Both the position numbers and the translations under genes were made by a program. This document shows positions 29,729 through 41,382 of a stretch of DNA of 64,000 nt, piece by piece (within the stretch, counting starts at the first letter, position 1; every line of letters starts with the position of its first letter). The notes beneath the pieces are model-generated. The model was not told the DNA's origin and made no database searches. It worked only from the letters and a program-made list of their open reading frames with translations. The DNA lies in contig CAVPIW010000017.1 in NCBI GenBank assembly GCA_963705105.1, positions 53,821 to 117,820 on the forward strand, given 5' to 3'. The DNA comes from an uncultured Nitrospiraceae bacterium. GTDB taxonomy: Bacteria > Nitrospirota > Thermodesulfovibrionia > Thermodesulfovibrionales > Dissulfurispiraceae.

Positions 29729-30373
29729 ATGCAGGAAAAGCAACAGGAAGAACGGTCACGTCAGCCTTTCACGCAGAGCAAGATCTGGGAATATGCCAAG
29801 GCGATCATCACCGCCCTCATCCTGGCCCTCATCATCAGGGCCTATATTGTCCAGGCCTTCAAGATCCCCTCGGGTTCCATGCTCCAGACACTCCTCATCG
29901 GCGACCACATTCTCGTCAACAAGTTTATGTACGGGACCGAAATCCCCTTCACCGACAAGCGCGTGCTCATTCTGACGAAGCCGAAACGGGGGGACATCGT
30001 CGTTTTCAAGTATCCCGAGGACCCGTCGAGGGATTTCATCAAGCGGGTCATCGGCATCGAGGGAGACATCGTCGAGGGGAAGAACAAGACGATCCACGTC
30101 AACGGCAAGCCCGTCACCGAGCCCTATGTCCAGCACACCGACAGCGCCCAGCAATACGGCGGAGTCATGCAGAGGGACAACTTCGGCCCCTATCTCGTTC
30201 CCAGGGACAAGTTCTTCGTCATGGGGGACAACAGGGATCAGAGCTATGACAGCAGGTACTGGGGATACGTCGATCTGAAGGAGGTCCGGGGGAAGGCGTT
30301 CATCATCTATTGGTCCTGGGACTCGAGCAAAACCATGCCGAGATTCGGCAGGATCGGGAAACTGATTCATTGA
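29729..30373 (+). CDS. lepB: Signal peptidase I
   Basis: IPSGSM, FIKR and GDNRDQSYDSRYWG motifs. Confidence 0.97.
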   Translation: MQEKQQEERSRQPFTQSKIWEYAKAIITALILALIIRAYIVQAFKIPSGSMLQTLLIGDHILVNKFMYGTEIPFTDKRVLILTKPKRGDIVVFKYPEDPSRDFIKRVIGIEGDIVEGKNKTIHVNGKPVTEPYVQHTDSAQQYGGVMQRDNFGPYLVPRDKFFVMGDNRDQSYDSRYWGYVDLKEVRGKAFIIYWSWDSSKTMPRFGRIGKLIH

Positions 30374-30377
30374 CGGC

Positions 30378-31016
30378 ATGTTCACGGGAATCATAACGGA
30401 GCTGGGAGAGATCGCATCCCTCGACAGGAAAGGGGAAGGCGCGCAATTGACGGTGAGGGCGCCGCAAACGACGGGTGATGCCGCCGTCGGCGACAGCATA
30501 TCCGTCAACGGCATCTGCCTGACCGTCGTGGAGATCAAGGGGAAGGAGATCTCTTTCGACGTCTCCTTTGAGACCCTGAACAGCACGAATCTGGGTTCCC
30601 TGAAGAGAGGGGACCGGGTAAACCTCGAACCGGCGCTCAAGCCGAACTCGAAGATGGGTGGTCATTTTGTGACGGGCCACATCGACGGTATCGGGAAGAT
30701 CCGGTCGAGAAGACGGATCGGCAATGCCGACAGGATAGAGATAGAGGCTCCTGCACAGGTACTCCGTTATCTCGTCGGCAAGGGGTCCGTCGCCATTGAC
30801 GGCATCAGCCTGACCGTCGTCGATGTCCTGAAGGACGCCTTTTCGATCGTCATCATTCCCCATACCGCGGACATGACGACCATCGGGTTCAAGAAGGGCG
30901 GGGACACGGTGAACCTCGAGCCTGACATCCTCGCGAAGTATGTGGCGAAATTCGTGCTCCCCGATTCGGATGCCTCCCTCATGTCCTCCCTGAAAAAATC
31001 CGGCTTCCTCTACTGA
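30378..31016 (+). CDS. ribE: Riboflavin synthase (alpha chain)
   Basis: MFTGII, NGICLTV, GGHFVTGH and DGISLTV motifs. Confidence 0.97.
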   Translation: MFTGIITELGEIASLDRKGEGAQLTVRAPQTTGDAAVGDSISVNGICLTVVEIKGKEISFDVSFETLNSTNLGSLKRGDRVNLEPALKPNSKMGGHFVTGHIDGIGKIRSRRRIGNADRIEIEAPAQVLRYLVGKGSVAIDGISLTVVDVLKDAFSIVIIPHTADMTTIGFKKGGDTVNLEPDILAKYVAKFVLPDSDASLMSSLKKSGFLY

Positions 31017-31047
31017 CGATTTCGCAAACCCTGTCGTTGCGCAGATT

Positions 31048-31560
31048 GGTGTCCAAAATAACGCGACGCGAGGATAGGGCATGCTTTCTTCGCAAAATAA
31101 ACTACCTCTCCTCATGAGCATATCGTTACCTTGCAGTTGCACAAAAAGGCGGGGCGAAGCGCCTCAAAGCCTTGCTGAAGGCGACGATACTCCTCGTCAG
31201 GTTTGTCTTTCATGATTCCACTCTTTGTGTGATCTACCATTTGTTTGTTTTCTTGTCTGCAGTGAAGGTTAAGGTGTCGCCGCAGCAAGGTTTTCGGCGC
31301 ATACACCCCGCCTTTCCGGATGGCCTATGCAACGATAAGGTTTATTTTGAAAACATATGTCTTCATACGGACACTGTGCGGCTCCCGCTGCGGCTTGCGC
31401 CTTCGTCTCCCGCCGCCGTTCACATTACCCGTGAATTTTGCTTCAGAAACCAAGCCCTATCCTCGTTTTCGAAGTCCGGCTGCAAAACATTTCGGACAGG
31501 GTTGCGTTGCAAAGGCTTGACCGAAAGGCGGGGTATCGCCCCTTTTCATGCGAAAGGTTA
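31048..31560. repeat. Stack of repeat modules D, A and C between ribE and ribBA
   Basis: D at 31048-31112, A at 31127-31342, C at 31345-31501; each has other copies in the window. Confidence 0.85.
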
Positions 31561-31730
31561 ATCCACGGCGCCGCATGCCGGGCGCCATGGAAAGATAGCC
31601 GTCCCTTTTGCTATACTTTGTACAAAGCCGGCCCACCCTCTCAGAGTTCATGCAGGTGATCGGGAATCCGGACACGCTCACGAATACCATAACCGCCGTT
31701 TTGCGGCATACCCGGAGGTTCACAGGAATT

Positions 31731-32945
31731 ATGGATAAACAGAAATTCAACACCATAGAGGAGGCCCTCGACGACATAACGAAGGGGAAAATCGTCATCC
31801 TTGTCGACGATGAAGACAGGGAGAACGAGGGCGATCTCACCATGGCCGCGGAGAAGGTCACGCCGGAGGCCATCAATTTTATGGCAAAGTACGGGCGGGG
31901 ACTCATCTGCCTTTCCCTGACCGCCCAGAGGGTCGAGGAACTCAAGCTCACCATGATGACCGACGACAACACGTCGGCCTTCGGGACGGCCTTCACCGTC
32001 TCTATCGAGGCGAAGAAGGGTGTCACCACCGGCATTTCAGCGCAGGACAGGGCCGTGACCATCCAGACGGCCATCAATCCCCTGAAAACGTCCGAGGACC
32101 TTGCCCGCCCGGGACACGTTTTTCCGCTCAGGGCGAAGCCGGGAGGCGTCCTCCAGAGGGCGGGCCAGACGGAGGGCTCCGTCGACCTCTCCAGGCTTGC
32201 GGGACTCTATCCGGCAGGCGTCATCTGCGAGATCATGAATGACGACGGCACGATGGCCCGTGTCCCCCAGCTCATGGAATTCGCGGCCCAGCACAACCTG
32301 AAGATCATCACCGTCAAGGACATCATCCAGTACAGGATGCGGACGGAGCGGCTCATCAAGAGGATCGCCAGCGTCCAGATGCCGACGAAGTACGGGGGGG
32401 AATTCCTGACAATCGCCTTTTCCAATATCGTCGACTCGAATATCCACCTGGCCCTCGTCAAGGGAGAGATCAAGCCCGAGGACAAGGTGCTCGTACGGGT
32501 CCACTCGGAGTGTCTCACCGGCGACGTCTTCGGCTCGAAGCGTTGCGACTGCGGCGATCAGCTCCACAAGGCGATGGAGATGATCAAGAGCGAGGGCAAG
32601 GGTGTCATCCTGTACATGAGACAGGAGGGAAGGGGCATCGGGCTCGCCAATAAGCTGAAGGCCTATGAACTCCAGGAAAAGGGACTCGACACCGTCGAGG
32701 CGAACATCCAGCTCGGATTCAAGCCCGACCTGAGGGATTACGGCATCGGCGCCCAGATCCTCGTCGACCTCGGCGTCAGAAAAATGCGTCTCATTACGAA
32801 CAATCCGAAAAAGATCGTTGGGCTGGAAGGGTACGGTCTCAAGGTCGTCGAACGGGTCTCGATCGAGACGGCCCCCAACGAGCGGAACCTGGTTTACCTC
32901 AAGACAAAGAAGAAAAAGCTCGGCCACATGCTGGAGAACGTATAG
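31731..32945 (+). CDS. ribBA: Bifunctional DHBP synthase / GTP cyclohydrolase II
   Basis: [28 protein letters not shown]...RCDC and QEGRGIGL motifs. Confidence 0.97.
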   Translation: MDKQKFNTIEEALDDITKGKIVILVDDEDRENEGDLTMAAEKVTPEAINFMAKYGRGLICLSLTAQRVEELKLTMMTDDNTSAFGTAFTVSIEAKKGVTTGISAQDRAVTIQTAINPLKTSEDLARPGHVFPLRAKPGGVLQRAGQTEGSVDLSRLAGLYPAGVICEIMNDDGTMARVPQLMEFAAQHNLKIITVKDIIQYRMRTERLIKRIASVQMPTKYGGEFLTIAFSNIVDSNIHLALVKGEIKPEDKVLVRVHSECLTGDVFGSKRCDCGDQLHKAMEMIKSEGKGVILYMRQEGRGIGLANKLKAYELQEKGLDTVEANIQLGFKPDLRDYGIGAQILVDLGVRKMRLITNNPKKIVGLEGYGLKVVERVSIETAPNERNLVYLKTKKKKLGHMLENV

Positions 32946-32959
32946 GGGAGAGGAAAGAG

Positions 32960-33033
32960 CGCGCCTGAGAGGATTCGAACCTCCGACCCTCGGCTCCGGA
33001 GGCCGATGCTCTGATCCACTGAGCTACAGGCGC
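32960..33033 (-). tRNA. tRNA-Arg(CCG)
   Basis: GCGCCTGTAGCTCAG...TCGGC CT CCG GA GCCGA...TTCGAATC cloverleaf. Confidence 0.95.
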
Positions 33034-33183
33034 ACGAGCGTCATCACTATCTTACCATTTCTCTTTTTCAAAAAGACACTTCGGGCGTCGCCATATGCCC
33101 TCCGGAAAGGTAGGGTGAATGCGCCTCCGAACAATACACAGTAGACAGCAGGCAAAGACAGGAAAAAGACGACAGACGCACCG

Positions 33184-33438
33184 CCGGGAAGGCTGATGTG
33201 GTGAAAAGCCTTCCCGCTAAGATACCCTATCCATCACCAGATCACCCTTTGCCGTGTCCATCGACACCAGCAGCCCATCAGGCAACAGGCGCTTCACACC
33301 TTGAGACGTCTCATTATCGCATTGGAAAGGCTTTGAACCATATCTGCCTTCCCGGAGACAGCGGTAGTGACACTGACACTCACACTGTCACTGACACTGT
33401 TTTCAGAGCGCTTCTCCCCGTTTTTTCGTCCAACTGCG
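33184..33438. repeat. Composite repeat (module B plus GTGTCA arm), inverted relative to 799-1060
   Basis: Reverse-complement similarity over about 250 bp. Confidence 0.85.
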
Positions 33439-33439
33439 C

Positions 33440-35590
33440 TTAATTCAACGACACGCCACCGTCCGGCGTAAGCACGTCGCGCAGCACGCCCATCGCCTCC
33501 CTCACCTGCGGGTCCTTTTCCACTTCATCCAGCCAGAGCTTCGTCCGCTCTTCTTCGGTCAGGCGTCCCGCCGATTTCTTCTTGTCGAGGTCGGTCTTTT
33601 TCGGGTCCTTCTTGCCGTCCCTGTCGGCCGCTTTCAGCTCGTCCCGCTCTTTCCGGATATTGTCGACATGAAGTGATTGGTTCGTCATCTCCCGCTTTTC
33701 CGACGCCATCCTGTTATCTTTCTCGATGCGCTGAAAGTCCTCGTTCGTCAGGATCCGCTCCTTGCTCTTTTCGCGGAGGGACGACTTCGTCTCCTGCAGG
33801 TCCTTCCACTTGCGATATTGAGCGGGACTGATCGTGTCCCAGGGAAGGGCATAATCGAGATACTGCTCTCCCGTCTTGAAAGTCTTCTGTTCGGGGACGG
33901 CGATATCGGGAATGATGCCACGGTATTGCGTCGACTCGCCGCTGATGCGGTAAAACTTCTGGATCGTCACCTTCAGGGCGCCAAAAGGCCTGTACTTGTC
34001 GAAATCGGGCACTTCGGCATTGTCGAGGTTGACGACCATCTGGACCGTGCCCTTGCCGAAGGTGTGGTCGCCTCCCATGACGAAGGCCCGTCCGTAGTCC
34101 TGGAGGGCGCCGGCGAGGATCTCCGACGCCGATGCGCTGAACGTGTTGACGAGGATCACGACGGGACCGCCGTACTCGATTTCCGGTGACGTGTCGGACA
34201 GCACCCGTGTATCTCCCTTCCGGTCTTTGATCTGCACGACGGGACCGGTCTCGATGAAGAGCCCGGCTATCTGGATCGCGTCGGTCAGCGCGCCTCCGCC
34301 GTTGTTCCGCAGGTCGAGGATCAGCCCGCTGATCTGCTCGTCTTCCAGCCTTTTCAGCTCGCTCCTCACGTCATCCGTCGAGTTCCGTCCTCCGTTTCCC
34401 TTCGTCTTTTCGAAATCGCGGTAAAAATGGGGAAGCTTGAGGTAACCGAATCGTTTCCCCGTCTTCTCGTCCTTAATGACGGCCCGTTTGGCGAAGGTGT
34501 CCTCGATGCTCACCACATCGCGGACAATGGCGATAAGGAGCCTCCTGCCATCGGTCTTTTTCACCGTCAGCCTCACTTCGCTGCCTTTCTTGCCGCGGAT
34601 GTACCTGACGGCGTCGCGCACGCGCATGTCCGTTATGTCGACGGGATCACCGCCCTTCTCGGCGACACGGAGGATGATATCCCCCGGCTCGAGCTGGCCC
34701 TGGCGGTATGCCGGTCCGCCGGGGATGATGCTCTCCACCTTGATATACCCCTCGTCCTCCCGCAGGGTCGCACCGATACCCTCGAGCGACCCCCGCATGC
34801 TGATGTCGAAATCCTCCTTGCTCATGGGCGCCATGTAGTCCGTGTGCGGATCGAAGGCCTTCGTGAAGGCCCTGAAATACCGGTCGAAGTGCTCGCTCCG
34901 CTTCTCCTGGAGCATCCGCGAAAAAGCGTCTTCGTAATTTTTTGCGACCTTCTCACGGGCGGTCTTCTTCAACTCTTCGGGTGTCTTCTTTTCTTTCTCA
35001 TCGCCTGTCTTGCCGTCCCCTTCGGGAGTCTCATCGTCGACCAGGCCGAGATAGCGGTGAATGACCTGATACTTGAGCACCTTTCGCCACCGCTCACGCA
35101 ACTCGGCCTCTGAAGAGGTGAATTCATACTTCTCGGGGTCCGTCTCGAGAGTTTCGTCCTGCCTGTAGTCGAACTCCTCGGACAGGATGTCCCTGACCAT
35201 ACCCTGGACCAGCCGTGTGCGATCGTTGAGCAGCCCCATCGCGATCATGGGGAGCCTGATGACGCCGGTATTCATCTCGTCGTCGATCTTCGTCGAGTGG
35301 GCCCTCAGCTTTTCGACGTCCTCTTTGAAAAGAAATCGCTTCTGCGGGTCCAGCAGCTTGATGTAGAGGTCGAAGGCGGCCTTCGAGAGATCGTCGTCGA
35401 TTTTTTTCTGCGCGAAATGGTTCATGCCGAGGGATTGCCGGATGAGCAGGGATATGACATTTGCCCGGTCGGCGTCATGATCCCCGGACAGTTCCAATCC
35501 CTGGGCCATCGATGCCCAGAGCAGGAAAAGGGTTACGAAAACAGAAAGAAAGCCTCTGCTGAAAGAACTGCGTAATCGTCTATCGTTCAT
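33440..35590 (-). CDS. prc: Carboxy-terminal processing (tail-specific) protease, S41A, Prc-like
   Basis: DPHTDY, GIGA PDZ, DLRNNGGG, SASASEI and GKGTVQ motifs. Confidence 0.93.
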   Translation of the reverse strand: MNDRRLRSSFSRGFLSVFVTLFLLWASMAQGLELSGDHDADRANVISLLIRQSLGMNHFAQKKIDDDLSKAAFDLYIKLLDPQKRFLFKEDVEKLRAHSTKIDDEMNTGVIRLPMIAMGLLNDRTRLVQGMVRDILSEEFDYRQDETLETDPEKYEFTSSEAELRERWRKVLKYQVIHRYLGLVDDETPEGDGKTGDEKEKKTPEELKKTAREKVAKNYEDAFSRMLQEKRSEHFDRYFRAFTKAFDPHTDYMAPMSKEDFDISMRGSLEGIGATLREDEGYIKVESIIPGGPAYRQGQLEPGDIILRVAEKGGDPVDITDMRVRDAVRYIRGKKGSEVRLTVKKTDGRRLLIAIVRDVVSIEDTFAKRAVIKDEKTGKRFGYLKLPHFYRDFEKTKGNGGRNSTDDVRSELKRLEDEQISGLILDLRNNGGGALTDAIQIAGLFIETGPVVQIKDRKGDTRVLSDTSPEIEYGGPVVILVNTFSASASEILAGALQDYGRAFVMGGDHTFGKGTVQMVVNLDNAEVPDFDKYRPFGALKVTIQKFYRISGESTQYRGIIPDIAVPEQKTFKTGEQYLDYALPWDTISPAQYRKWKDLQETKSSLREKSKERILTNEDFQRIEKDNRMASEKREMTNQSLHVDNIRKERDELKAADRDGKKDPKKTDLDKKKSAGRLTEEERTKLWLDEVEKDPQVREAMGVLRDVLTPDGGVSLN

Positions 35591-35729
35591 GTCTTTTATC
35601 CTTTTGGGGTTTATTGATTAGACTGAGGGGTTTCACCGATCGTTTACTCCTTATATTATTCTACCTATTCGACGGCTGTGCTGTCCAAAAGGGCCTGAGA
35701 CACGCATGGTACCATGGGTTTCGTCTGCC

Positions 35730-35835
35730 TGTCAGTTGAATGAAAAGGCGGGTCAAAGCGCTCTCAAAAACAGTGTCAGTGTCAGTGTGAGTGTCAGCGA
35801 AGGGTTCACCTTTTTTCAGTCGTCTGCCTGAAATC
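35730..35835. repeat. Partial inverted-repeat element (GTGTCA arm)
   Basis: Matches 27620-27725. Confidence 0.75.
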
Positions 35836-35963
35836 GCTTCATCGATGTCGGTCTGTCCGGGGAACGGCCCCTGCAAGAGTACACTTTTTTCTGTGGTGGC
35901 ATAGTGCCCTTTGTGAATCCTGACATGATTCGTCAGGGAGTGAGTTCAGGTACGATCGTTATT

Positions 35964-36110
35964 TAGAGTCTGTCCATAAAGCACCTTCATTTGTCATTCC
36001 CGCAACCCCGCACTTGATGCGGGGGCGTCGGGAATCCTTCTGAAATAACGATTCCGGACAAGCCGGAATGACAAATGTACTGCACTTCATGAGTTTGTGG
36101 ACAGACACTA
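35964..36110. repeat. Short inverted-repeat element (TAGAGTCTGTCCATAAA...TTTGTGGACAGACACTA) enclosing a GTCATTCC REP-like palindrome
   Basis: 17-bp imperfect terminal inverted repeats; the inner palindrome is shared with 16897-17006. Confidence 0.7.
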
Positions 36111-36111
36111 T

Positions 36112-37791
36112 TTATCGTAGTATCTTTTCGAGAATGGCTTTGGTTATCAAATAGGTCGGCCTGATCCCTTCGATGCCCATAGGCCCGGCAGCCAGTGTCT
36201 GCCCGCTCTTTATGGGATTGTCAGAGGCATAGTAGGCGTATCGCACCTGGACGTCTTTCGGAATGTGGCCCCTGATGATCGCCGCGCTGATGGCACGCTG
36301 GTAATGTCCGCCTTCCATTTCGAGGCCGACGGCCTTCCAGCTTGTCGTATGAAACATTTCCAATATGTCCCGGTTCTGCAGCGACGTGCCGAGCACCGTT
36401 ATGATCGGGCCCGTATAAACACCCACACTGTCGTCGAAATCCTCTTTCCGAAGGTCGTTGTTCAGGATGTAATTGTCAGCCCGGCCCTCGAGGACGTGCG
36501 CCGTCGCAAGCATTATGTCTCCCTTTTCTCCGGGCAGGATGCCGGCTTTACCCATTATGGAAACGGATTTGACATTGAGCGTTCTGGTCACATCATCCCG
36601 GTCCCAGGGCTGCAGGAGTTCGTCCATCAGTTCGAAGGCCTGAAAGCCGAAAGCATAATCCATAACGAACAGGACGGGCTTCTCATCGATGAGCCGCTGT
36701 TTGTCGATCTTCATGCCGGGATGAAATTCTATAGCGGCGAGTGCGGACGTATCTATGATCTGCACATTCGTCTGCGCCCCGCTTTTGTCTTCTATTTCGT
36801 AAAAACCGTGCTCGCCGGCAAAGCTTCTTATCTGTTCGCCTTTGTCACGTATGCCGAGGATGAAATCGCAGAGAACGCGGTCGCATTGTTTCCTCTCTTC
36901 AGCGGTCACTGCATGATACCCGTAAATGAGGTTGACCACACTGTGCAGATTCGCGCTGATTATGTGTAACGGCCGGTCCTCCAGCCCCAGTTCGCAGAGT
37001 TTGTCTTTGGCGGCGGCGGCCCACTTTTTCCCGCACATCTGGTGCATGATCTGGTCGATGAGAGAGGGCCTGAAATAGACGGTAAGAGGGTCGTTTTCTT
37101 TAATCTCCCTCTCGATGAGGCACCCGAGGCTGTGGACGATACGGAAAAGCCCGTTGTTGCTTTTCAGCTTGTCTCTTGATTCTTCGAAATAGTCGTAGGT
37201 CTCCCTGGTTTCATGATAGGTCCGACCCAGAATAATGCTCAGGTTCCATAGGGCCTTCTCCAGTTCGGTACCGCTCAGCTCCTCTTCTCTCTGGAGGTCT
37301 TTTTCGAACTGCCGCCACTCCCTGATCGTGCCTCCGGCCTCGTCCCTCGTTTTTCTGTATACGTGCTTCGCTTCTATATAGAGAAAGGTCAGGTGAGTCA
37401 GGATGTCATATATTTCGCTCAGCCCTGTCGTGACCACAAAACTCATTTCGTTTTCACTGACCCGATAGGAAGCCCTTCTCCTTTTGGGCGGGACGAGCTT
37501 TTCGAACGAAGTGCCTTCCAGGTCATCTTCCACGGTCATGACGAACCGGCTGCAGTTTTCGATCCCTTTCGGCAGCCTGTCCATGATGTACTCCAGCCCC
37601 TTCAGCTCTATCCTCTCGGGATCGTTCATGCTGCCGTAGATCTCGGGGCTGAGCTTTCTCAGCGCAGATTCCAGGGCCTGCCCGGATTCCCCTCTCATGC
37701 TGTAACGCCCTCGCAGAAGCAGCGCATGAGCTATAACCTGAAAGGCCCTGATCGCCACTCTCCCCTGATGAGCCCTGTTCATTTCATACAT
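36112..37791 (-). CDS. Conserved hypothetical protein (DUF6909-like, with nucleoside-phosphorylase-like C-terminal motifs)
   Basis: PEIYGSM, IISANLHSV, MDYAFG.QA, MGKAG, GLEMEG.HY and YYASDNP motifs. Confidence 0.75.
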   Translation of the reverse strand: MYEMNRAHQGRVAIRAFQVIAHALLLRGRYSMRGESGQALESALRKLSPEIYGSMNDPERIELKGLEYIMDRLPKGIENCSRFVMTVEDDLEGTSFEKLVPPKRRRASYRVSENEMSFVVTTGLSEIYDILTHLTFLYIEAKHVYRKTRDEAGGTIREWRQFEKDLQREEELSGTELEKALWNLSIILGRTYHETRETYDYFEESRDKLKSNNGLFRIVHSLGCLIEREIKENDPLTVYFRPSLIDQIMHQMCGKKWAAAAKDKLCELGLEDRPLHIISANLHSVVNLIYGYHAVTAEERKQCDRVLCDFILGIRDKGEQIRSFAGEHGFYEIEDKSGAQTNVQIIDTSALAAIEFHPGMKIDKQRLIDEKPVLFVMDYAFGFQAFELMDELLQPWDRDDVTRTLNVKSVSIMGKAGILPGEKGDIMLATAHVLEGRADNYILNNDLRKEDFDDSVGVYTGPIITVLGTSLQNRDILEMFHTTSWKAVGLEMEGGHYQRAISAAIIRGHIPKDVQVRYAYYASDNPIKSGQTLAAGPMGIEGIRPTYLITKAILEKILR

Positions 37792-37877
37792 CCTGCATTC
37801 TCCTTGTTTGTTTTCATTTATTCAAACTCACGATGCCTTGCACACGGCGCTGGTTCCTGAAACACGAAGCTGACAAT

Positions 37878-37940
37878 GCATATCGTCGCCTTCAGAAAGG
37901 CTTTGAGGCGCTTCGCCCCGCCTTTTCATGACTGAAAGGT
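37878..37940. repeat. Solo inverted-repeat arm
   Basis: ATCGTCGCCTTCAG.AAGGCTTTGAGGCGCTTCGCCCCGCCTTTTCATG. Confidence 0.7.
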
Positions 37941-37955
37941 TGAGACACTCCTTTC

Positions 37956-39454
37956 TCACTTCGCTGACGTGATCACCGACAGCATGTAGTTGTCCACCGG
38001 CGCGTGATCGTCGGTCAGCACCGGCATATCGAGAGGAATCCTGCGGGTCCAGCGCTGTCCGAGATAGCGGTGCAGCTCGGGGTCGCTGCTCTGAAATGAT
38101 GGAGGCGTCGTATCTTTGAACGCCACGAGCATCAAGTTCTGCACTTCATCGGGCGGAGTTCCGGCGTGCACCTGGAACAGATAGACCCGGGGAAAGACCT
38201 CCGATAAAGTCGCGTAGAAGGCACGCAGGAACTTCCCCTTGTCTCCTTCGATACCTGAGATGACGTTCACGAATACCACGCCGTCGTCCGCCAGGACGTC
38301 ACGCATCCGCATGGCCGATTCCCTGGTCGTCAGTTGGTAGGGCAGGGAATAGAGCGAATTGAAGGCGTCGCTGAACACCACGTCATAGCGGCTCTCCGTC
38401 CTGTTGAGAAACGTCCTGCCGTCTTCGTGAAAAATCGCCAGACGGGGATCATCAGACAGCCTGAAATACTTCCGGGCCAGATCGGTCACCCCGGGATCGA
38501 TCTCGACCACGTCCATGCGGGCGTCGGCGAACCGCTTTAAGAAATCCTTGGGATAGGAGTAACCCGCGCCTCCGAGCATGAGGGCATGTCGGATATCGGG
38601 CTTGAATTGGCGGACCAGGCGATAGAATTTCGTGTAGTCGAGCACCAACTCGTCATCGCGGTCAAGATACATGGCCGACTGCGCCTCGCGAGGATTCGTC
38701 ACCATGAGCCGTATCGGTCTTCCCGTGGTATCCTGCACCATCGTATAGATGAGCACCCGGTTGTACGCCGTGTCCACCTCGATAATATCCTGCTTCTTCA
38801 GGAACCGGTCGTAGGAATTGAAGAGGAACACGGAGAGGCCGAGCGAAAGGACGATAACGGATTTGGTGACCGTGATATCACGGTATGAGGCGAGCAGAGA
38901 CGTGAGCCCGAGCACGATCGCCAGCGCGAGCAGGAGGTTCGTCAAGCCCAGATAGGCTATCAGCACAAAGCCGGCAAGGAACGTTCCGGAGATGCTGCCG
39001 ACCGTTGATATGGCATAGAGGCTGCCGACGGTAGCGCCGGAACGCTTCAGGTCTTTCATCTTCAGCTTCACGGCATAGGGCGACACCATGCCGAGCAGCA
39101 CGCTCGGCCCGGTGAAGAGGAGAACCGAAGCGACGGCTGATCCGATGTAGACGTTGCTGATTCTGCCTTCGAGCAGACCGAAGATCGCCGATCTCACCAC
39201 GGGGAGGATGCCGACCGAGACGGCTGCGGCCATAATGATCGCCGAGAGCGTCCTGCAGCTCGCCTTCCTGTCGGCCAGCCGTCCTCCCCACCAGTATCCG
39301 ATGCTCAGGCTGCCGAGGACGATCCCGATCAGGCTCGTCCAGACGACGAAGGAGGTGCCGAGATGGGGGGAGAGGACGCGCGATCCCGCGATCTCGAGGA
39401 TCATGACGACGGCGCCGCAAATGAAGACAATCGCTTCGAGGATGTATTTCTCAC
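37956..39454 (-). CDS. Fused MFS-like membrane domain / spermidine synthase-like methyltransferase
   Basis: TM N-terminal domain, LGGAGY, VEIDP, DGR.FL, DAF and LTDD.APV motifs. First in-frame ATG is 39404, but protein-like sequence continues up to an out-of-frame GTG near 39454. Confidence 0.85.
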
Positions 39455-39641
39455 ACCGTCCCGTCAGGGATCGAGCACGATCGATGCGGAGAAGCGCCTC
39501 AAGCGTCGACCCTGACCGAGATGCGGTTGCGGCAGGCCGCCTCGTTCCGGTGCAGCATGGGACACCCTTGAAGGGTGGCGCTGTGACCCCGATTCTCTCC
39601 CTCCGACTGGGGAATCCAAAGGCGCTCCCCGAAAATGCTGC

Positions 39642-40652
39642 TCATTTGACGGGGAATTCCGGCCTTCTTCCCTGAGGCGTGTTAAGGAGCTGGATGACCT
39701 CGTTCAGCTTCGTCTCGATGCCGTTCAGTTTCTGTCCGAGTTCCTGCATGCACTCCGCCATCGCGTCAATCCGGTTGTCGGTTACCGCGCCGTCATTCAT
39801 CTCAAAGCCGTCAGCAATCGCTCCCATTATGTTCTCGGCGAGCCTGAACGGGATGCAGACCGCCGAGCAGTTGAAGCCGAGGGAATCCTGATTGCACCCT
39901 GAATCGCAGGCGTCCGCTGCCAGTTTGACTGCATTCGCGCCTTCGCGGATGCCCCACAGCTCCACGTCCGACAGTGTGCGGGTGCCCACGAGAACGTTCG
40001 TGCACTTGCTTGCCGGGTCACTGGACACAGCACGTACCGCGCCCGCCCGGAGTGCCGCGCTCTTTACCTTGGTGCTCGCAGCATAGAGTACTTCTGCCGT
40101 GTCGTCGAGAGTCTGCTCGATGTCATTCCCCGCAGACGGATCGAAGTCCTCCTCGTCCGCCGCACCTGGCTCCTGGTCGCAGACCCGGACGCAGACTTCC
40201 TTGTTCCCGCCCTTCATCGGGCTGCAATTGCCGTCTTCGTTGCCGATCTGGTCTCCGATGACCTCCTCGCACTGCTCGGTTTTCGGGTCACAGACGCCGT
40301 CACCGTTGCCGGAACCTTGCTTCTCCTTGAAATAGCACTTGCCTTTTTTCTTCGTGAGATTTCTGAATCCCTCAGCGGTGACCCGGTTCTTCTCGCTCTG
40401 GGTACGGCTGTGAGCGTTTCTCAGCATGGTCTGTTGCTCGGGGGAAACGACGTCGAGCCTCTCAACCTCGGTAAGCGTATCGTCGATCTGGGAATTCATC
40501 CTGTCGAACTTGCATTTGAGTCGCTCTCCGCTGTCCGTCTGACTGCAGTCCTGCGCCGTGGGCGGGAGCGCCCACACAGATGAGGCCATCACCGCGCCCA
40601 GACAAAGCAAAGCGATCGTGAAAGCAATAAAAATGCCCTGTGACCTTCTCAT
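39642..40652 (-). CDS. Secreted Cys-rich coiled-coil hypothetical protein
   Basis: GGAGG RBS, signal peptide, 14 Cys in the mature part, C-terminus LLNTPQGRRPEFPVK. Confidence 0.75.
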   Translation of the reverse strand: MRRSQGIFIAFTIALLCLGAVMASSVWALPPTAQDCSQTDSGERLKCKFDRMNSQIDDTLTEVERLDVVSPEQQTMLRNAHSRTQSEKNRVTAEGFRNLTKKKGKCYFKEKQGSGNGDGVCDPKTEQCEEVIGDQIGNEDGNCSPMKGGNKEVCVRVCDQEPGAADEEDFDPSAGNDIEQTLDDTAEVLYAASTKVKSAALRAGAVRAVSSDPASKCTNVLVGTRTLSDVELWGIREGANAVKLAADACDSGCNQDSLGFNCSAVCIPFRLAENIMGAIADGFEMNDGAVTDNRIDAMAECMQELGQKLNGIETKLNEVIQLLNTPQGRRPEFPVK

Positions 40653-41382
40653 GTCATATCCCTCCCGATGACCCCTGTCCCTCCGGAGAGTCATCACTGC
40701 ATCTGTTGGCATCCCATCGGCAGACGAAGCCTGCTTTCCCCCTGTCCTAAGCCCGCCGCGATTTTTAATGTCCCCACAATCCGTTAAGGACCGCAGCACC
40801 AACGGCCCAGCCGCGCTGCTGTGCGCTCGGCTGATCACATTATATCAGAAAAGGGCACAACCTCAGCGCCGATGCACTAACGGAATTCAGTCACGAACAT
40901 GCATCCTTGCTGTTTCTTCCGGATGACGATTTCCGTTATACTCCTGCTAAACCTTGTCTCGAACAGGGGCTGACTGAAACGCCGGTGGGGTCAGGCCCGC
41001 CCCTTACCCTCAGATCCCTATGACCTCAACAGGCTCCGCAAAACAGGGATGTTCGCCAACACCGCAAGTGACGCCACGAAGCTCCCGAGAAGGAACGTTC
41101 TCTTCCAACCGTTCGTATTTCCCTCTTTCGCTTTCCGATAAGAACGCCTGGCGCCAAATGGAAGATCTTTCAGATGTACGGCCCTGGCATATTGAACGTG
41201 ATGTCTTCCCCCTCTTCCTTGCCGGCACAGGACGGCTAATGGTTTATCTCTTCCTTTCCCGCCTGATCTAATCACACAAAGTTGCGGTTGTCCAGCGGAT
41301 AATGGCTTGCCGGTTGGGCCGTCGCTGCCGAGGAGACAGCGGCCGAAGAGTCTAACTGCCTGACTTCGTTCAGTGTCTGGAG

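Noticed and set aside
31017..31730. FMN riboswitch upstream of ribBA
   Set aside because: No RFN consensus is visible; the gap is largely accounted for by repeat modules D, A and C.
41010..41300. Possible small gene remnant just outside the att repeat
   Set aside because: Short overlapping ORFs with no recognisable motif or RBS; I cannot support a call.
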